64,000 nt of DNA from a virus: positions 32,001 to 96,000 of IMG/VR virus record IMGVR_UViG_3300016471_001035; one strand, given 5' to 3'. The notes under the pieces are model-generated. The model was not told the origin of the DNA and did not search any database. It was given only the letters and a program-made list of their open reading frames with translations. The position numbers and the translations under genes were made by a program. This document shows positions 38,361 through 48,851 of this stretch, one piece after another. How positions within the stretch are numbered: the first letter of the stretch is position 1; every line of letters starts with the position of its first letter.

Positions 38361-39421
38361 AAGAATTTACATTAAAAACAAATAAAGTATGTTGTATAGC
38401 TGATTTGCACATAGGTGTACATCAGAACAGTATTTTTTGGCATGAAACTGCCTTAAGATGGGCTGAATGGATAAAGGAAGAATTAAACAAAAAGAAAATA
38501 AAAGATATTTTTATACTCGGAGATCTTTATCATTACAGGGATGAAATTGCTGTTAATACAATTCATGTAGTTAATCAAATTTTAAAGTTATGGTCAGAAT
38601 TTAATGTTGTAATTTTAGTAGGCAATCATGATTCATTTTATAAAGATAGGTCAGATGTAAATTCGTTATCTATTCTCGATGGCTGGAAGAACATCCTTGT
38701 TATTAGCGAGCCAACTACTTATACTATATTAGGTAAAACCGCTACGTTTTTACCATGGGGTGCTTCTTTAAAAGATATAGAAAAATCGGATATTTTATTT
38801 GGTCATTTAGAAATTGAGAGCTTTAAAATGAATAGTCATAAGCATTGTGATCACGGAATAAAAACATCTGACCTACTTAAAAAAGCAGATTTAATTATGA
38901 CCGGCCATTTTCATTTACGCGATGAAAGAAAATATGATAAAAAAACTATTTTGTATGTAGGCAATCCTTTTGAAATGGATTTTGGTGATACCGGATCAAC
39001 TAAAGGCTATTATGTGCTTGATGCCTCGAATTTAACGTATGAATTTTTTGAAAACCCCGTTTCGCCAAAACACAAAAAGCTTACTATTACTGAGCTTTTA
39101 AACTTCAAATCTTTGAGCGCTACGGAAGTCAAGGAGTTTGTAAATAATAATATCGTCAAACTGCAAGTAGATAAAAAAATATCTAGTGATAATATTGAAC
39201 TTCTAATACAAAAAATATCAACATATAAACCTTTTAATCTATCCGTTGATTATTCATTATACGATAATTCTATTACTATTAGTGATGATCAAGCTTATGA
39301 TTTATCAGGCGTTGATATGAGTAAAGCAATTGAAGAATTTATCTCTCTTTTAGACATAGAAAAGAAGAATGATATATCAAAATATTGTTTAGATCTCTAC
39401 AAGAAAGCATTACAGAAATGA
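38357..39421 (+). CDS. gp47: Mre11/SbcD-like nuclease gp47
   Basis: ADLHIG, LGDL, GNHD, GHLEI, TGHFH, YVGNP. Confidence 0.93.
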   Translation: MKEFTLKTNKVCCIADLHIGVHQNSIFWHETALRWAEWIKEELNKKKIKDIFILGDLYHYRDEIAVNTIHVVNQILKLWSEFNVVILVGNHDSFYKDRSDVNSLSILDGWKNILVISEPTTYTILGKTATFLPWGASLKDIEKSDILFGHLEIESFKMNSHKHCDHGIKTSDLLKKADLIMTGHFHLRDERKYDKKTILYVGNPFEMDFGDTGSTKGYYVLDASNLTYEFFENPVSPKHKKLTITELLNFKSLSATEVKEFVNNNIVKLQVDKKISSDNIELLIQKISTYKPFNLSVDYSLYDNSITISDDQAYDLSGVDMSKAIEEFISLLDIEKKNDISKYCLDLYKKALQK

Positions 39422-41229
39422 AATATATTACGTTTAATAAGATTAGTATAAAGAATTTTCTTTCTGTAGGCAATCAACCGGTAACCGTAGACTTTAAAAA
39501 AGGCATTCACATTATTACGGGTATTAATAAAGATAAAGAGGATAGGAGAAATGGGGTAGGTAAGTCAACTGTAGCAGATGCTATATATTTTGCGGTGTTT
39601 GGTGAAACATTACGCGATCTTAAAAAAGAAAATATAATTAACAACATCAATAAAAAAAATTGTGAAATTATTCTTGATGCAACTATTTCGAATCTAGATA
39701 ATAAAGAAGAAATACAAATTATTCGTACTCTAGAACCGTCTAAATGTTACGTTTATATTAACGGTGAAGATAAAACAAGGGATAGTATATCTAATACAAA
39801 TGCGTTTATAGCATCAAAATTTAATAGCAATACCGAGGTATTTCAAAATTGCGTTATTATGACTATTAATAATGTAATACCATTCATGGCTAAGAAGAAG
39901 CAGGAAAAGAGAAAGTTTATTGAAGATATTTTTAATCTAGGTGTATTTGGTGAAATGTTAGATATTTTAAAAAGTGATATTAATGAGAATAAAAAAGTTT
40001 TTGATTTAGAAGCAACCAAACACGATGAAATCACTAAGAATATTTTATCTCTTGTAAAACAGCAGGAAAATCTCTCACAAGAGAGATTGCGCAAAAAAGA
40101 AAAATACCTTACCAGACAAACTAGTAATGCTAGCGAAATAAATGATATTGTAAAAAAACTAAATGTATTTGTATTACCGGATATTCAGGAAATTAAAAAG
40201 AATATCTCTGAACAGGAAGCTAATAGCGCAAAAGCTGATAAAAAGCTTCAAGAAATTAGGCATTCTATATCTGAAAATACTACGTTAATATCACAAGCTA
40301 ACAAGAAGCTTTCTTCTGTAGGAACAGACAAAGACGTTTGTCCTACATGCCTGAGAAGCATTCAAGATGTAGATAGAAATCATATTAAAAATGAAAAGAA
40401 AAAGGTTAATTTAGAAATTGAGAGCTGTGAAGATACTATTTTAAAGCTTAAAGAGGATGAAAAGCAATTTATTTCAGTGCAAAATAAAATAGATGAAAAA
40501 ATACAAAAGCTTCGAGATAGCCTTATCTCTTATCAACATAAAGTAAAGGAAAAAGATAATTTAACTTCTCGACTTAATCAACTTAATACATGGCAAAAAG
40601 AATTAGAGCAGGATTTAAAAGAATTAGAAAATGACGGGCTGTCTTTTGATAATGTTATTAAAGAGCAAAAAGATAGACTAGAGCAGGTTAAACTGCAAAT
40701 TGAAAGTATAAAGGATAAACTTGGAATGCTTGATGTAGCTAAATTTGTTGTCTCAGAAGAAGGAGTTAAATCATATATTGTCAAAAAGATGCTTCAACTC
40801 TTTAATAGTAAACTTGCATATTATCTCAAAAAAATGGACGCCAATTGTATATGCACTTTTAACGAGTATTTTGAAGAAGAAATTATTGATAGCAGAGGTA
40901 AGCCCTGCTCATACTTTAATTTTAGCGGTGCGGAAAGAAAAAATATTGATTTAGCTTGCTTGTTTACATTTATGGATATAAGAAGATTGCAAGGAGATGT
41001 AACTTTTAACTTCAGTATTTATGATGAGCTTTTTGATTCGAGTTTAGATGAAAAGGGTGTAGAGCTTGTAATAGGTATTTTGAAAGAAAGAGTTGAGAAA
41101 TATAACGAGTGTATTATGGTAATTAGTCATAGAAAAGAAAGTATTAAAGCTGCGACCGGCGATATTATCTTTTTAGAAAAGTCTAACGGTATTACTAAGA
41201 GAGTTGATTATAAAGAGTATAGCAGTTAA
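39418..41229 (+). CDS. gp46: Rad50/SbcC-like ATPase gp46
   Basis: KNFLSVG, NGVGKST, CPTC hook, FSGAE, YDELFDSSLD, VISH. Confidence 0.95.
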   Translation: MKYITFNKISIKNFLSVGNQPVTVDFKKGIHIITGINKDKEDRRNGVGKSTVADAIYFAVFGETLRDLKKENIINNINKKNCEIILDATISNLDNKEEIQIIRTLEPSKCYVYINGEDKTRDSISNTNAFIASKFNSNTEVFQNCVIMTINNVIPFMAKKKQEKRKFIEDIFNLGVFGEMLDILKSDINENKKVFDLEATKHDEITKNILSLVKQQENLSQERLRKKEKYLTRQTSNASEINDIVKKLNVFVLPDIQEIKKNISEQEANSAKADKKLQEIRHSISENTTLISQANKKLSSVGTDKDVCPTCLRSIQDVDRNHIKNEKKKVNLEIESCEDTILKLKEDEKQFISVQNKIDEKIQKLRDSLISYQHKVKEKDNLTSRLNQLNTWQKELEQDLKELENDGLSFDNVIKEQKDRLEQVKLQIESIKDKLGMLDVAKFVVSEEGVKSYIVKKMLQLFNSKLAYYLKKMDANCICTFNEYFEEEIIDSRGKPCSYFNFSGAERKNIDLACLFTFMDIRRLQGDVTFNFSIYDELFDSSLDEKGVELVIGILKERVEKYNECIMVISHRKESIKAATGDIIFLEKSNGITKRVDYKEYSS

Positions 41230-41237
41230 TATTAGTT

Positions 41238-42458
41238 ATGCAGTCTCTTCCCTTTGCCTCTCCTTTTGTCTCACCCTTTGCAAATCCGATTGTTTCTCCT
41301 TTTGGTAATTTAAACGTACCTAGAGAGCAAAGTCTTCCCCGCCCACCTGAAATGGATTTAAAGAGGGCTATGAACTACTACGCAGATTACAGTGGTTGCG
41401 GTTTCTGGAGAATGATATGGCCGGAGCACGTTTTAAATGCTCATCAAAAGCTAGTTATGCACGGAAGCACGGTAATGTGTTTTGATCCTAATTATTATCG
41501 AGGAACAGAGTGTATTCGAATTCAAAGACAAGCAACTGTTAGCCAATTAAGATTTGTAAAATTTTTAAAAGAATTAAGCTCTAAAGTCGGATTTAGAATG
41601 GTTTATGAAATAGACGATCTGGTTTTTAGCGAAGATATCCCAGAATACAATAAGTTTAAGCCAGCATTTACTGATCCAGAGATAAGAAAAACTGCACAAA
41701 CTATTATGGAGATGTGTGATGAAATTACTGTAACATGTGATTTCATGAAAGAGTATTATTTAGATAAAACTGCAAACAAAAATATAACGGTAATACCAAA
41801 CTATCCACCGAAGTTTTGGATGGGTAATTACTATGATGAAAAAAGGATCTCATCTAATTTTGATGAGTTTTCTAGCAAGCCAAGAATTCTTTATGCGGGC
41901 TCCGGCGCACATTTTGATGTTGATAACCGAGTAGGCCAGAATGATGACTTTTATCATGTAATTGATGCAATAATTAAAACAAGAAAAAAATATCAATGGG
42001 TATTTTTAGGAGCGTTTCCTCTCCCCTTGAAGCCGTATGTTCAAAACGGTGATCTAGAATTTCACACCTGGCAACAGCTTTATTCTTACCCGGAGAAGAT
42101 TTTTAACCTAAAAGTTAATATGATGGTCGCGCCCTTACAAAACAATACCTTTAATAAAGCAAAAAGCGATTTAAAGTATATTGAAGCATGCTGCTACGGG
42201 CTACCTATTGCTTGTCAAGATTTAGTAACATACAGTAACGCACCTATAAAATTTAATACAGGAGACGAAATGATAGGTCAGATAGAAGAAACCTTAGCCA
42301 AAAAAGGTAAATATATGAATATGTGTGCAAGATATCGTAAGGTTGCAGAAGATCGTTGGCTTGAAAATGAAGATAATATAAACAAATATGTAGAACTTTA
42401 TACCTTGCCTTTTGGGCATCCTAATAGAAGTTTATTAAACAAAATTAATAATTTATGA
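41238..42458 (+). CDS. GT-B glycosyltransferase inside the replication cluster
   Basis: SGCGFWRM.WP, YEIDD, VIPN, APLQNNTFNKAKSDLKYIE. Confidence 0.85.
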   Translation: MQSLPFASPFVSPFANPIVSPFGNLNVPREQSLPRPPEMDLKRAMNYYADYSGCGFWRMIWPEHVLNAHQKLVMHGSTVMCFDPNYYRGTECIRIQRQATVSQLRFVKFLKELSSKVGFRMVYEIDDLVFSEDIPEYNKFKPAFTDPEIRKTAQTIMEMCDEITVTCDFMKEYYLDKTANKNITVIPNYPPKFWMGNYYDEKRISSNFDEFSSKPRILYAGSGAHFDVDNRVGQNDDFYHVIDAIIKTRKKYQWVFLGAFPLPLKPYVQNGDLEFHTWQQLYSYPEKIFNLKVNMMVAPLQNNTFNKAKSDLKYIEACCYGLPIACQDLVTYSNAPIKFNTGDEMIGQIEETLAKKGKYMNMCARYRKVAEDRWLENEDNINKYVELYTLPFGHPNRSLLNKINNL

Positions 42459-42634
42459 GAAAGCTGTCAAAAAAAGAGATTAAAAGGTTAGAAGAAGAGG
42501 GGCGCTTAAGAGATTTAGTAGAAATTTGGGTCGATCGACATAATCATAAATTAGAATTGTTAAGAACCTTTACAAGTCTAGTAGCTGCTATTTGTTCAGC
42601 TATAGTACTTTTTAAGATTGTTCTACATTTGTAA
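42455..42634 (+). CDS. 59-aa protein with C-terminal transmembrane helix (not in ORF track)
   Basis: MRKLSKKEIKRLEEEGRLRDLVEIWVDRHNHKLELLRTFTSLVAAICSAIVLFKIVLHL; ATGA overlap with upstream gene. Confidence 0.7.
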   Translation: MRKLSKKEIKRLEEEGRLRDLVEIWVDRHNHKLELLRTFTSLVAAICSAIVLFKIVLHL

Positions 42635-42662
42635 TTGTACTTTTTATTAATGTAGTTATAAT
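42635..42662 (+). promoter_or_regulatory. sigma70-type promoter, leaderless GTG start of DNA polymerase
   Basis: TTGTAC-N16-TATAAT-AGTATT-GTG. Confidence 0.75.
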
Positions 42663-42668
42663 AGTATT

Positions 42669-45257
42669 GTGTATAGAAATGTTGCATATCTTCCTAGAGA
42701 GCAGCTTATGCGGCTATTTACTTGGGATAATGAGGGTAAAAGAGTAGCCCTTGATACAACCTATGAGCCGTACATTTATCTCGAAACAAATAATCATCCT
42801 GACTGTACTAGTATCTTTAACACCAAATTAAAGAAAAAAAGATTTAAAAATCAAGCTGAACGCTCTAGATATTTAAAAGACAATAAAATTGTAAGAGTAT
42901 TTGAAAATCTTAATATTCAACAGCAATTTTTAATTGATAATTTCTGGGAGCACAATGAAAAAGAGGATTTTACTAAACATCAAATAAGAGTTTTGTTTAT
43001 TGATATTGAGACTTACAGTCCCGATGAGTTTCCTAAACCCGACGATCCCACCCATCCCATTAATATTATTACAGTTTATGATACACTAAGAAATAAGTTT
43101 ATTACCTGGGGACTAAAAGCATATCATAAAAATATTGAAAACGGGCTATATATTTATTGTAAAACTGAGAAAGAGTTGTTATCAAAATTTTTAAGTTTTT
43201 TTACTTCTGATTATCCCGATATACTCTCAGGCTGGAATAGTGAATTTTTTGACGTACCTTATATTATTAATAGAATAACCCGAATTCTTGGTGAGGATGA
43301 GACAAAAAAATTATCACCAGTTGGTTATATTAGACCTATTATGTTCAAAGGTAAGTTTGGTAGAGAACAGGTGCACTGGCACATAGAGGGCGTTTCATGT
43401 GTAGATTACCTAGACATTTATAAAAGATTTTGCCCTACATTACGCGAATCATATAAACTTGATTCTATTGGTGAGATTGAATTGGGTGAAAATAAGATTG
43501 ATTACGGTGATACTAATCTTACTAGCCTTGCAGATGATAATTGGGAATTGTTTGTAGAGTATAATATCCAGGACGTTAATTTGCTGGTAAGGTTAGAGCA
43601 AAAACTTCAATATCTTGAATTATTAAGGATGATTGCTTATGCGGGGTTAACTACATTTGAAGGCGCTCTTGGTTCATTATCAGTAATTACGGGTTTATGT
43701 GCTATTAGAGCGAGGTCTCGTAATCAAAGAATCCCTACTTTTAATAAGGAAGTTCACAGCGATGAACAAAATGCTGGTGCGTATGTTGGTGAACCACGCA
43801 AAGGGTTTCAGGAGAATATAGTTTCATTTGACGCTAATAGTCTATATCCAAATGTTATGATAACATTAAACCTCTCTCCTGAAACAAAGGTAGGGGTAAT
43901 CACAGATAAAAATGATAAAGAAATAACTATACAGCATGTAAACGGACAAGAATTTAAATTATCACATCAAAGCTTTGTTGATTTTGTAAAGAAAGAAAAG
44001 ATAGCTATTTCAAAAGCAAAAGTTTTATTTACTCAGAAAGAAAAAGGAATTATACCGGTAACTGTAGATCATTTTTACAAGAAGAGAGTAGAGATTAAAA
44101 GACAGCTTAAACTTTTACAAAAGAAAATTATTTCTATAGAGAAAAACACAGATGAGTATAAGCAACTCAAATTGCAGATAGATAATTTAAATATTACTCA
44201 ACATACTATAAAAATCTTAATTAATACCATATACGGTTATTTCGGTAATAAGCACAGTCCCTTAGGCGATGATCAGCTAGCTGAGAGTATTACTCTTACA
44301 GGCCAAGCTGTAATTAAAGAATCTAATAGATTATTAGAAGAGTATGTAAAAAGTAAGACAGGAATGAGTAATGAAGATATCATAAAAGATACGCCTATAA
44401 TTTACAATGATACTGATAGTTCGTACATTTCTATTAAACATATCGTACAAAAAACAGGATTAAAAATGCTTGATAGTAAGGGTAAAATTACTTCTGAATA
44501 CTATAAAGAGGTACAGTCAATAGAGGACTATCTTAATAAAAATATTGTTGTCTGGGGTCAAACTGCGCTTGGTTCGCAAGATTGTAGGTTAAATTTTAAG
44601 AGAGAAGCTATAGCAGATGCAGGGATTTTTCTACAGAAAAAGAGATATGTACTTCACGTATTAGATGAGGAAGGCATACCATGCAATAAGTTTAAGTATA
44701 CAGGGGTAGAAGTGGTTAGGACTACTATGCCTGCGCCTATAAAGCCCCACGTTAAAAAGATTATTGAGACAATGTTATTAACAAAAGACCTAGCAGCTAC
44801 TAATAAAATTTTTAATGAAACTTATGAAATATTTAAAAACCTTAGCGTAGAAGATATAGCTTTTGTAATGGGCATTAAGGGGTATGAGAAATATTCATCG
44901 ATGTGTGACGGCTTTAAGACAGCAAAACATATGCCTATTCACGTAAAAGCTGCATATTTTTATAATATTTTGCTCGATAGGTTTAATACAGGTAAAAAGT
45001 ATGAAAAGATATCATCTGGAGATAAAGTAAGATATTTTTATGCTAAACAGCCCAACAAATTCGGTATATCTACTATCGGCTATAAGTATTCCTTTCCTAA
45101 AGAATTTAATGATGTGTTCGAACCTGATCACGAATTAATGTTTGAGAAAATTATTTTCTCAGTTATTGAGAGATTTTATGATGCAGTTAATTGGAAGCTT
45201 CAATCCCCAGGGACACAGGTTCAAACTGACCTTTTTGATCTACTAAAAGAAAGTTGA
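42669..45257 (+). CDS. gp43: family B DNA polymerase gp43
   Basis: DIET, GWNSEFFD, YNIQD, SFDANSLYP, KILINTIYG, YNDTDS, KKRY. Confidence 0.97.
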   Translation: MYRNVAYLPREQLMRLFTWDNEGKRVALDTTYEPYIYLETNNHPDCTSIFNTKLKKKRFKNQAERSRYLKDNKIVRVFENLNIQQQFLIDNFWEHNEKEDFTKHQIRVLFIDIETYSPDEFPKPDDPTHPINIITVYDTLRNKFITWGLKAYHKNIENGLYIYCKTEKELLSKFLSFFTSDYPDILSGWNSEFFDVPYIINRITRILGEDETKKLSPVGYIRPIMFKGKFGREQVHWHIEGVSCVDYLDIYKRFCPTLRESYKLDSIGEIELGENKIDYGDTNLTSLADDNWELFVEYNIQDVNLLVRLEQKLQYLELLRMIAYAGLTTFEGALGSLSVITGLCAIRARSRNQRIPTFNKEVHSDEQNAGAYVGEPRKGFQENIVSFDANSLYPNVMITLNLSPETKVGVITDKNDKEITIQHVNGQEFKLSHQSFVDFVKKEKIAISKAKVLFTQKEKGIIPVTVDHFYKKRVEIKRQLKLLQKKIISIEKNTDEYKQLKLQIDNLNITQHTIKILINTIYGYFGNKHSPLGDDQLAESITLTGQAVIKESNRLLEEYVKSKTGMSNEDIIKDTPIIYNDTDSSYISIKHIVQKTGLKMLDSKGKITSEYYKEVQSIEDYLNKNIVVWGQTALGSQDCRLNFKREAIADAGIFLQKKRYVLHVLDEEGIPCNKFKYTGVEVVRTTMPAPIKPHVKKIIETMLLTKDLAATNKIFNETYEIFKNLSVEDIAFVMGIKGYEKYSSMCDGFKTAKHMPIHVKAAYFYNILLDRFNTGKKYEKISSGDKVRYFYAKQPNKFGISTIGYKYSFPKEFNDVFEPDHELMFEKIIFSVIERFYDAVNWKLQSPGTQVQTDLFDLLKES

Positions 45258-45287
45258 TTTTAAATTACTATAACATAATATATCTAC

Positions 45288-45644
45288 ATGAGTAAAGAAA
45301 ATATTGTCACTTTTATCGATCACATTGGTAGAACTATTATTGCAACACATGTTGACCAAGATAAGTCACATTTAACTGTTAAAAACCCTGCCATTATCCA
45401 TGTTCAACCTACGCAGAACGGTCAGCTAAATGTGCAGACAATTCCTTTATTTTTTAGAGAATTTGTTGGTGAAAAATCTAAAGCTACAGGAACTACATGG
45501 AAGTTTAATTTACAAAATATTGTTCTAGGTATTGACATTGACAATGATCCTCGTCTGTTAGAACAATATAATAAGCTTTTTACTTTTGTAGCTCCATCCC
45601 CTGCAAAAGAATCAGCTCCTGTAATTAAGTTGTTCGACGAATAA
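45288..45644 (+). CDS. hypothetical Sm-fold-like protein
   Basis: LTVKNPAII pattern; own TTGATT-N16 promoter. Confidence 0.7.
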   Translation: MSKENIVTFIDHIGRTIIATHVDQDKSHLTVKNPAIIHVQPTQNGQLNVQTIPLFFREFVGEKSKATGTTWKFNLQNIVLGIDIDNDPRLLEQYNKLFTFVAPSPAKESAPVIKLFDE

Positions 45645-45686
45645 TATTTTACTTGTTTTTTATTTTTCAGTCTTTATACTAGTTTT

Positions 45687-46805
45687 ATGAGTAAAGACCT
45701 TAATAAAATATTTGCGTCACTAGATAAGCTTAATAGCGAAGCTTCTTTTTTAAACGAAAATGCACTTAGTAAAGTTGATGAGTGGTTTGATACTGGATGC
45801 TATGCTCTTAACGCTATTCTTGGCGGGAGTTGTCGCAACGGTGGCGTACCTAAGGGAAGAATAACAGGATTCTCTGGACCTAGTCAAACTGGTAAGACTT
45901 TTATTGTAAATAAGATTTTAGCTACTGCTCAAAAAAAAGGTATTACTCCCGTTATATTTGATACTGAAATAGCTATTGATGAAAATAGTACAAAAGGTGT
46001 AGGTTTGGATCCCGAAAATGTAAAATATGTGCCTGTTGACACCATTGATCAGTGTCGTAATCAAGTTAGTGCACTACTCGATAGTATTATAGAAAATGAT
46101 GCTAGAGGTAAATTTATACTTAGTATTGACAGTTTAGGCAATCTTGCTTCACAGAAAGAGCTCGATGACGTAGCTAAAGATAAATCTGCAGCGGATATGG
46201 GTCTTCGTGCAAAGTCTTTAAAGAGTATGTTTCGCACTTTAACCTTTAAGGCTGCAAAGGCTGGCGTTACAATTCTTTTTACCAATCATACGTATGATGA
46301 TCCAGCTGCAATGTTCCCAAGTCTTGTGAAGAATCAAGCCGGTGGCTCAGGCCCTGTATATATGGCAAGTATACTTGTACAGCTTGCCAAGCGCCACGAG
46401 AAGGAGGGCGAAGGTGATTCTATGGATGTAGAGGACAAGAAGCTAGCAGAAGCCAATAAATACAGCGGTACAACACTTCGTGCATTGACTGTAAAGAATC
46501 GCTTCTTGCCTCCGTTTTTAGAGACTGAAATGTATCTTTCTTTTAAAACCGGTCTTAACAAGTACAGTGGATTGCTTGGTATGGCTGCAGTGAGAGGTAT
46601 CGTTGAACAAAACGGTGCCACATACACAGTGGGGATTACAAGCGGTAAGTACAAGAAGGGTGATAAACTAGGGTATGCAAAGACTTTTGCAAAAGATCCT
46701 GCTTTCTACGAGGAATTTATTATTCCTGAGTTAGATAAGAGATTAATAGAGGAATACAAATATAATGCCAACGAAGAAGGTAAAGAAGAAGAACCTATCG
46801 AGTAG
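45687..46805 (+). CDS. uvsX: RecA-like recombinase UvsX
   Basis: DTGCYALN, GPSQTGKT, FDTE, IDSLG, ADMG, TNHTY, KNRF. Confidence 0.95.
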   Translation: MSKDLNKIFASLDKLNSEASFLNENALSKVDEWFDTGCYALNAILGGSCRNGGVPKGRITGFSGPSQTGKTFIVNKILATAQKKGITPVIFDTEIAIDENSTKGVGLDPENVKYVPVDTIDQCRNQVSALLDSIIENDARGKFILSIDSLGNLASQKELDDVAKDKSAADMGLRAKSLKSMFRTLTFKAAKAGVTILFTNHTYDDPAAMFPSLVKNQAGGSGPVYMASILVQLAKRHEKEGEGDSMDVEDKKLAEANKYSGTTLRALTVKNRFLPPFLETEMYLSFKTGLNKYSGLLGMAAVRGIVEQNGATYTVGITSGKYKKGDKLGYAKTFAKDPAFYEEFIIPELDKRLIEEYKYNANEEGKEEEPIE

Positions 46806-47535
46806 GGCTGTAGTCCCTGTTAGTGGTGGCATGGACAGCTCAGTACTGCTTCATTTAGCAGCTGAACGGTATGATAAGATAGTTGCTGTAAGCTTTGCAT
46901 ATGGTCAAAAGCACGGGGTAGAAATAATTTATGCTACACGACAGCTAGGCCAAGTACTTAAAAAAGTGGGCGAAAAAAATATAGTACATAAAATTATTAA
47001 TTTACCGTTTTTTAAGGATGTTTGTCAGGTTTCTTCACTTCTTAACAATAAGATTGCAGTAGCTAAAGCCAAGGACGTAATGGGAGATCCGCAAACAGTA
47101 AACTATGTACCTTACAGAAATACGATGCTGCTAAGTATTGCATTAGCAATAGCTGAAAACTGCGGTGCTTCTACTGTTTTTCATGGTGCTGCGCAGGCTG
47201 ATAGTGTTGCGGGATTTTGGGATGGGAGTGAGGAATTTTTAGAACAAATTAACAAACTTTCATCACTCAATAGACGGAACAAGATAACCGTTCAAGCTCC
47301 TTTAATCAAAAAATCTAAATCAGATATTATTAAATTAGGTATAAAGTTGGGAGTAGATTTTAGTCAAACATGGACTTGTTATGAGGGCGGAGAACAGGCC
47401 TGCGGTGAATGTACTGCGTGTTCTTTGAGAATAAAAGGCTTTATTGACGCTGGTTATATAGACCCGGTAAATTATAAAACATTAATACCTTGGGAAAAAT
47501 ATAAGTGTAAGTTAATCTATAACTCTGCAAAATAA
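46765..47535 (+). CDS. queC: 7-cyano-7-deazaguanine synthase
   Basis: SGGMDS, YGQKH, YVPYRN, TWTCYEG..ACGECTACSLR. Confidence 0.95.
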   Translation: MPTKKVKKKNLSSRAVVPVSGGMDSSVLLHLAAERYDKIVAVSFAYGQKHGVEIIYATRQLGQVLKKVGEKNIVHKIINLPFFKDVCQVSSLLNNKIAVAKAKDVMGDPQTVNYVPYRNTMLLSIALAIAENCGASTVFHGAAQADSVAGFWDGSEEFLEQINKLSSLNRRNKITVQAPLIKKSKSDIIKLGIKLGVDFSQTWTCYEGGEQACGECTACSLRIKGFIDAGYIDPVNYKTLIPWEKYKCKLIYNSAK

Positions 47536-48608
47536 TATAATTTACCGCTTGTTGTCTTAAAATTAGCAGGGGTATGTGTCCAAGTAAAACCGTCTTCAGA
47601 AGTTAAAATTTGATCAAAATTTGAATATCCGGCAGTAGAAACGTTAGTGACCAGAAGCACAAATTTACCTTGACCATAAGTAAAGCTTCTAATTCCTCCA
47701 GAAAATAGATTAGTTGTTACATTTCCAGGAATCATATTAAATGTAGCTCCATTATCAGTAGAATATACTGCTTTCATAGAATCGCCCAACACTACCCATT
47801 TACCGTTTCCATAAGCTATAGATTGAGGATAGGAAAAGGTACTAGTATTAGGCCCACTTGAAGCGGCCCAGGATATCCCATCAGAAGAATAGCAAATACC
47901 ATAAGCAGTGGGATTTACACTGTAACCTGCAGCTAAATATCTATTATTTGCAAATAAAGCTTGAATGTACCACAGGGTAAAAGGAAGAGAGGTTGTTGCC
48001 CAACTAATACCATCATTTGAGTAGACAGCTGTATTTGTTCTAGTAGCCCCTCTACCCGGGCTTGAAGCTACAAATCTATTATTTCCGTAAGTAATAGAAG
48101 AATAATGTGATACTGTAGAGCTTGTTGGTAAAGTTGTCTGTATCCAAGAAGCAGCATTATTATTACTGTATGCGCCTCTTCCTAATTGTGTTGTACTGCC
48201 ACCTACAGCTGAAAAAATTCCGTTACCGTAAACAACATCAACTAGATTTGCTCCTGAATAAAAAACGCCCCCGTTAGACCATGTAATTCCTTTATCAGCG
48301 CTGTAAATTGATTTAGTAGAGCTTATTAGAACTAAAATATTGTTAACACTATTATAAGCTAAAGATCTCCAAGTATCTGACACTGGTAAGGATCTGCTAG
48401 TCCAGTTGGTACCGTCATCAGAAAAATAAATTAAATTTTGGGTAGAACCAACATATATAAATTTACCTACATTTTTGTTATAAACATTTTTCCATACACC
48501 TTCATTTTTTACATATCCTTTTTGAACATCTCTCCATTGACCATTATTCTTTACAAATATATTTTTTACAGCTTTCCATGTACCAGAAGATTTAATATAT
48601 GCAGGCAT
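47517..48608 (-). CDS. beta-propeller (Asp-box/BNR repeat) fibre or receptor-binding protein
   Basis: repeated YSxDGxxW / YGNGxF units; N-terminal YIKSSGTWK..FVKNNGQWR..YVKNEGVWK triplet. Confidence 0.75.
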   Translation of the reverse strand: MPAYIKSSGTWKAVKNIFVKNNGQWRDVQKGYVKNEGVWKNVYNKNVGKFIYVGSTQNLIYFSDDGTNWTSRSLPVSDTWRSLAYNSVNNILVLISSTKSIYSADKGITWSNGGVFYSGANLVDVVYGNGIFSAVGGSTTQLGRGAYSNNNAASWIQTTLPTSSTVSHYSSITYGNNRFVASSPGRGATRTNTAVYSNDGISWATTSLPFTLWYIQALFANNRYLAAGYSVNPTAYGICYSSDGISWAASSGPNTSTFSYPQSIAYGNGKWVVLGDSMKAVYSTDNGATFNMIPGNVTTNLFSGGIRSFTYGQGKFVLLVTNVSTAGYSNFDQILTSEDGFTWTHTPANFKTTSGKLYYFAEL

Positions 48609-48617
48609 ATATTAATA

Positions 48618-48839
48618 TTAAGTTACTTGATAGTATATATCTCCGTCGTTGCCAGTAGTATTTAATGGCGGACCGGCTGCAGTAGATACAGTTATATTTG
48701 GCTTGCCGGTTATACTTGCAAATGAAACAGGTAAGCTTGATATTTCAGCTTTACTAGTAGCAACTCCATTAGAAAAAGGTATTACGCTAGTACTATCTGG
48801 AATAGCAGGGCTTAATTCTGATATAGTAACATCACCCAT
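48618..48839 (-). CDS. short fibre anchor protein
   Basis: MGDVTISEL N-terminus shared with 61060 and 62526; ITGKP; GNDGDIYYQ. Confidence 0.7.
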   Translation of the reverse strand: MGDVTISELSPAIPDSTSVIPFSNGVATSKAEISSLPVSFASITGKPNITVSTAAGPPLNTTGNDGDIYYQVT

Positions 48840-48851
48840 ATAAATCTCTTT

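Noticed and set aside
42669-45257. Intein or split in DNA polymerase; NTIYG and YNDTDS variants as adaptation to modified dGTP
   Set aside because: Length and motif order are continuous; the variants cannot be tied to substrate without an alignment.
48609-48620. Readthrough fusing the 73-aa anchor to the in-frame beta-propeller gene
   Set aside because: The junction reads TAA-TAT-TAA-TAT-ATG, with two in-frame ochre stops, so these are separate genes.
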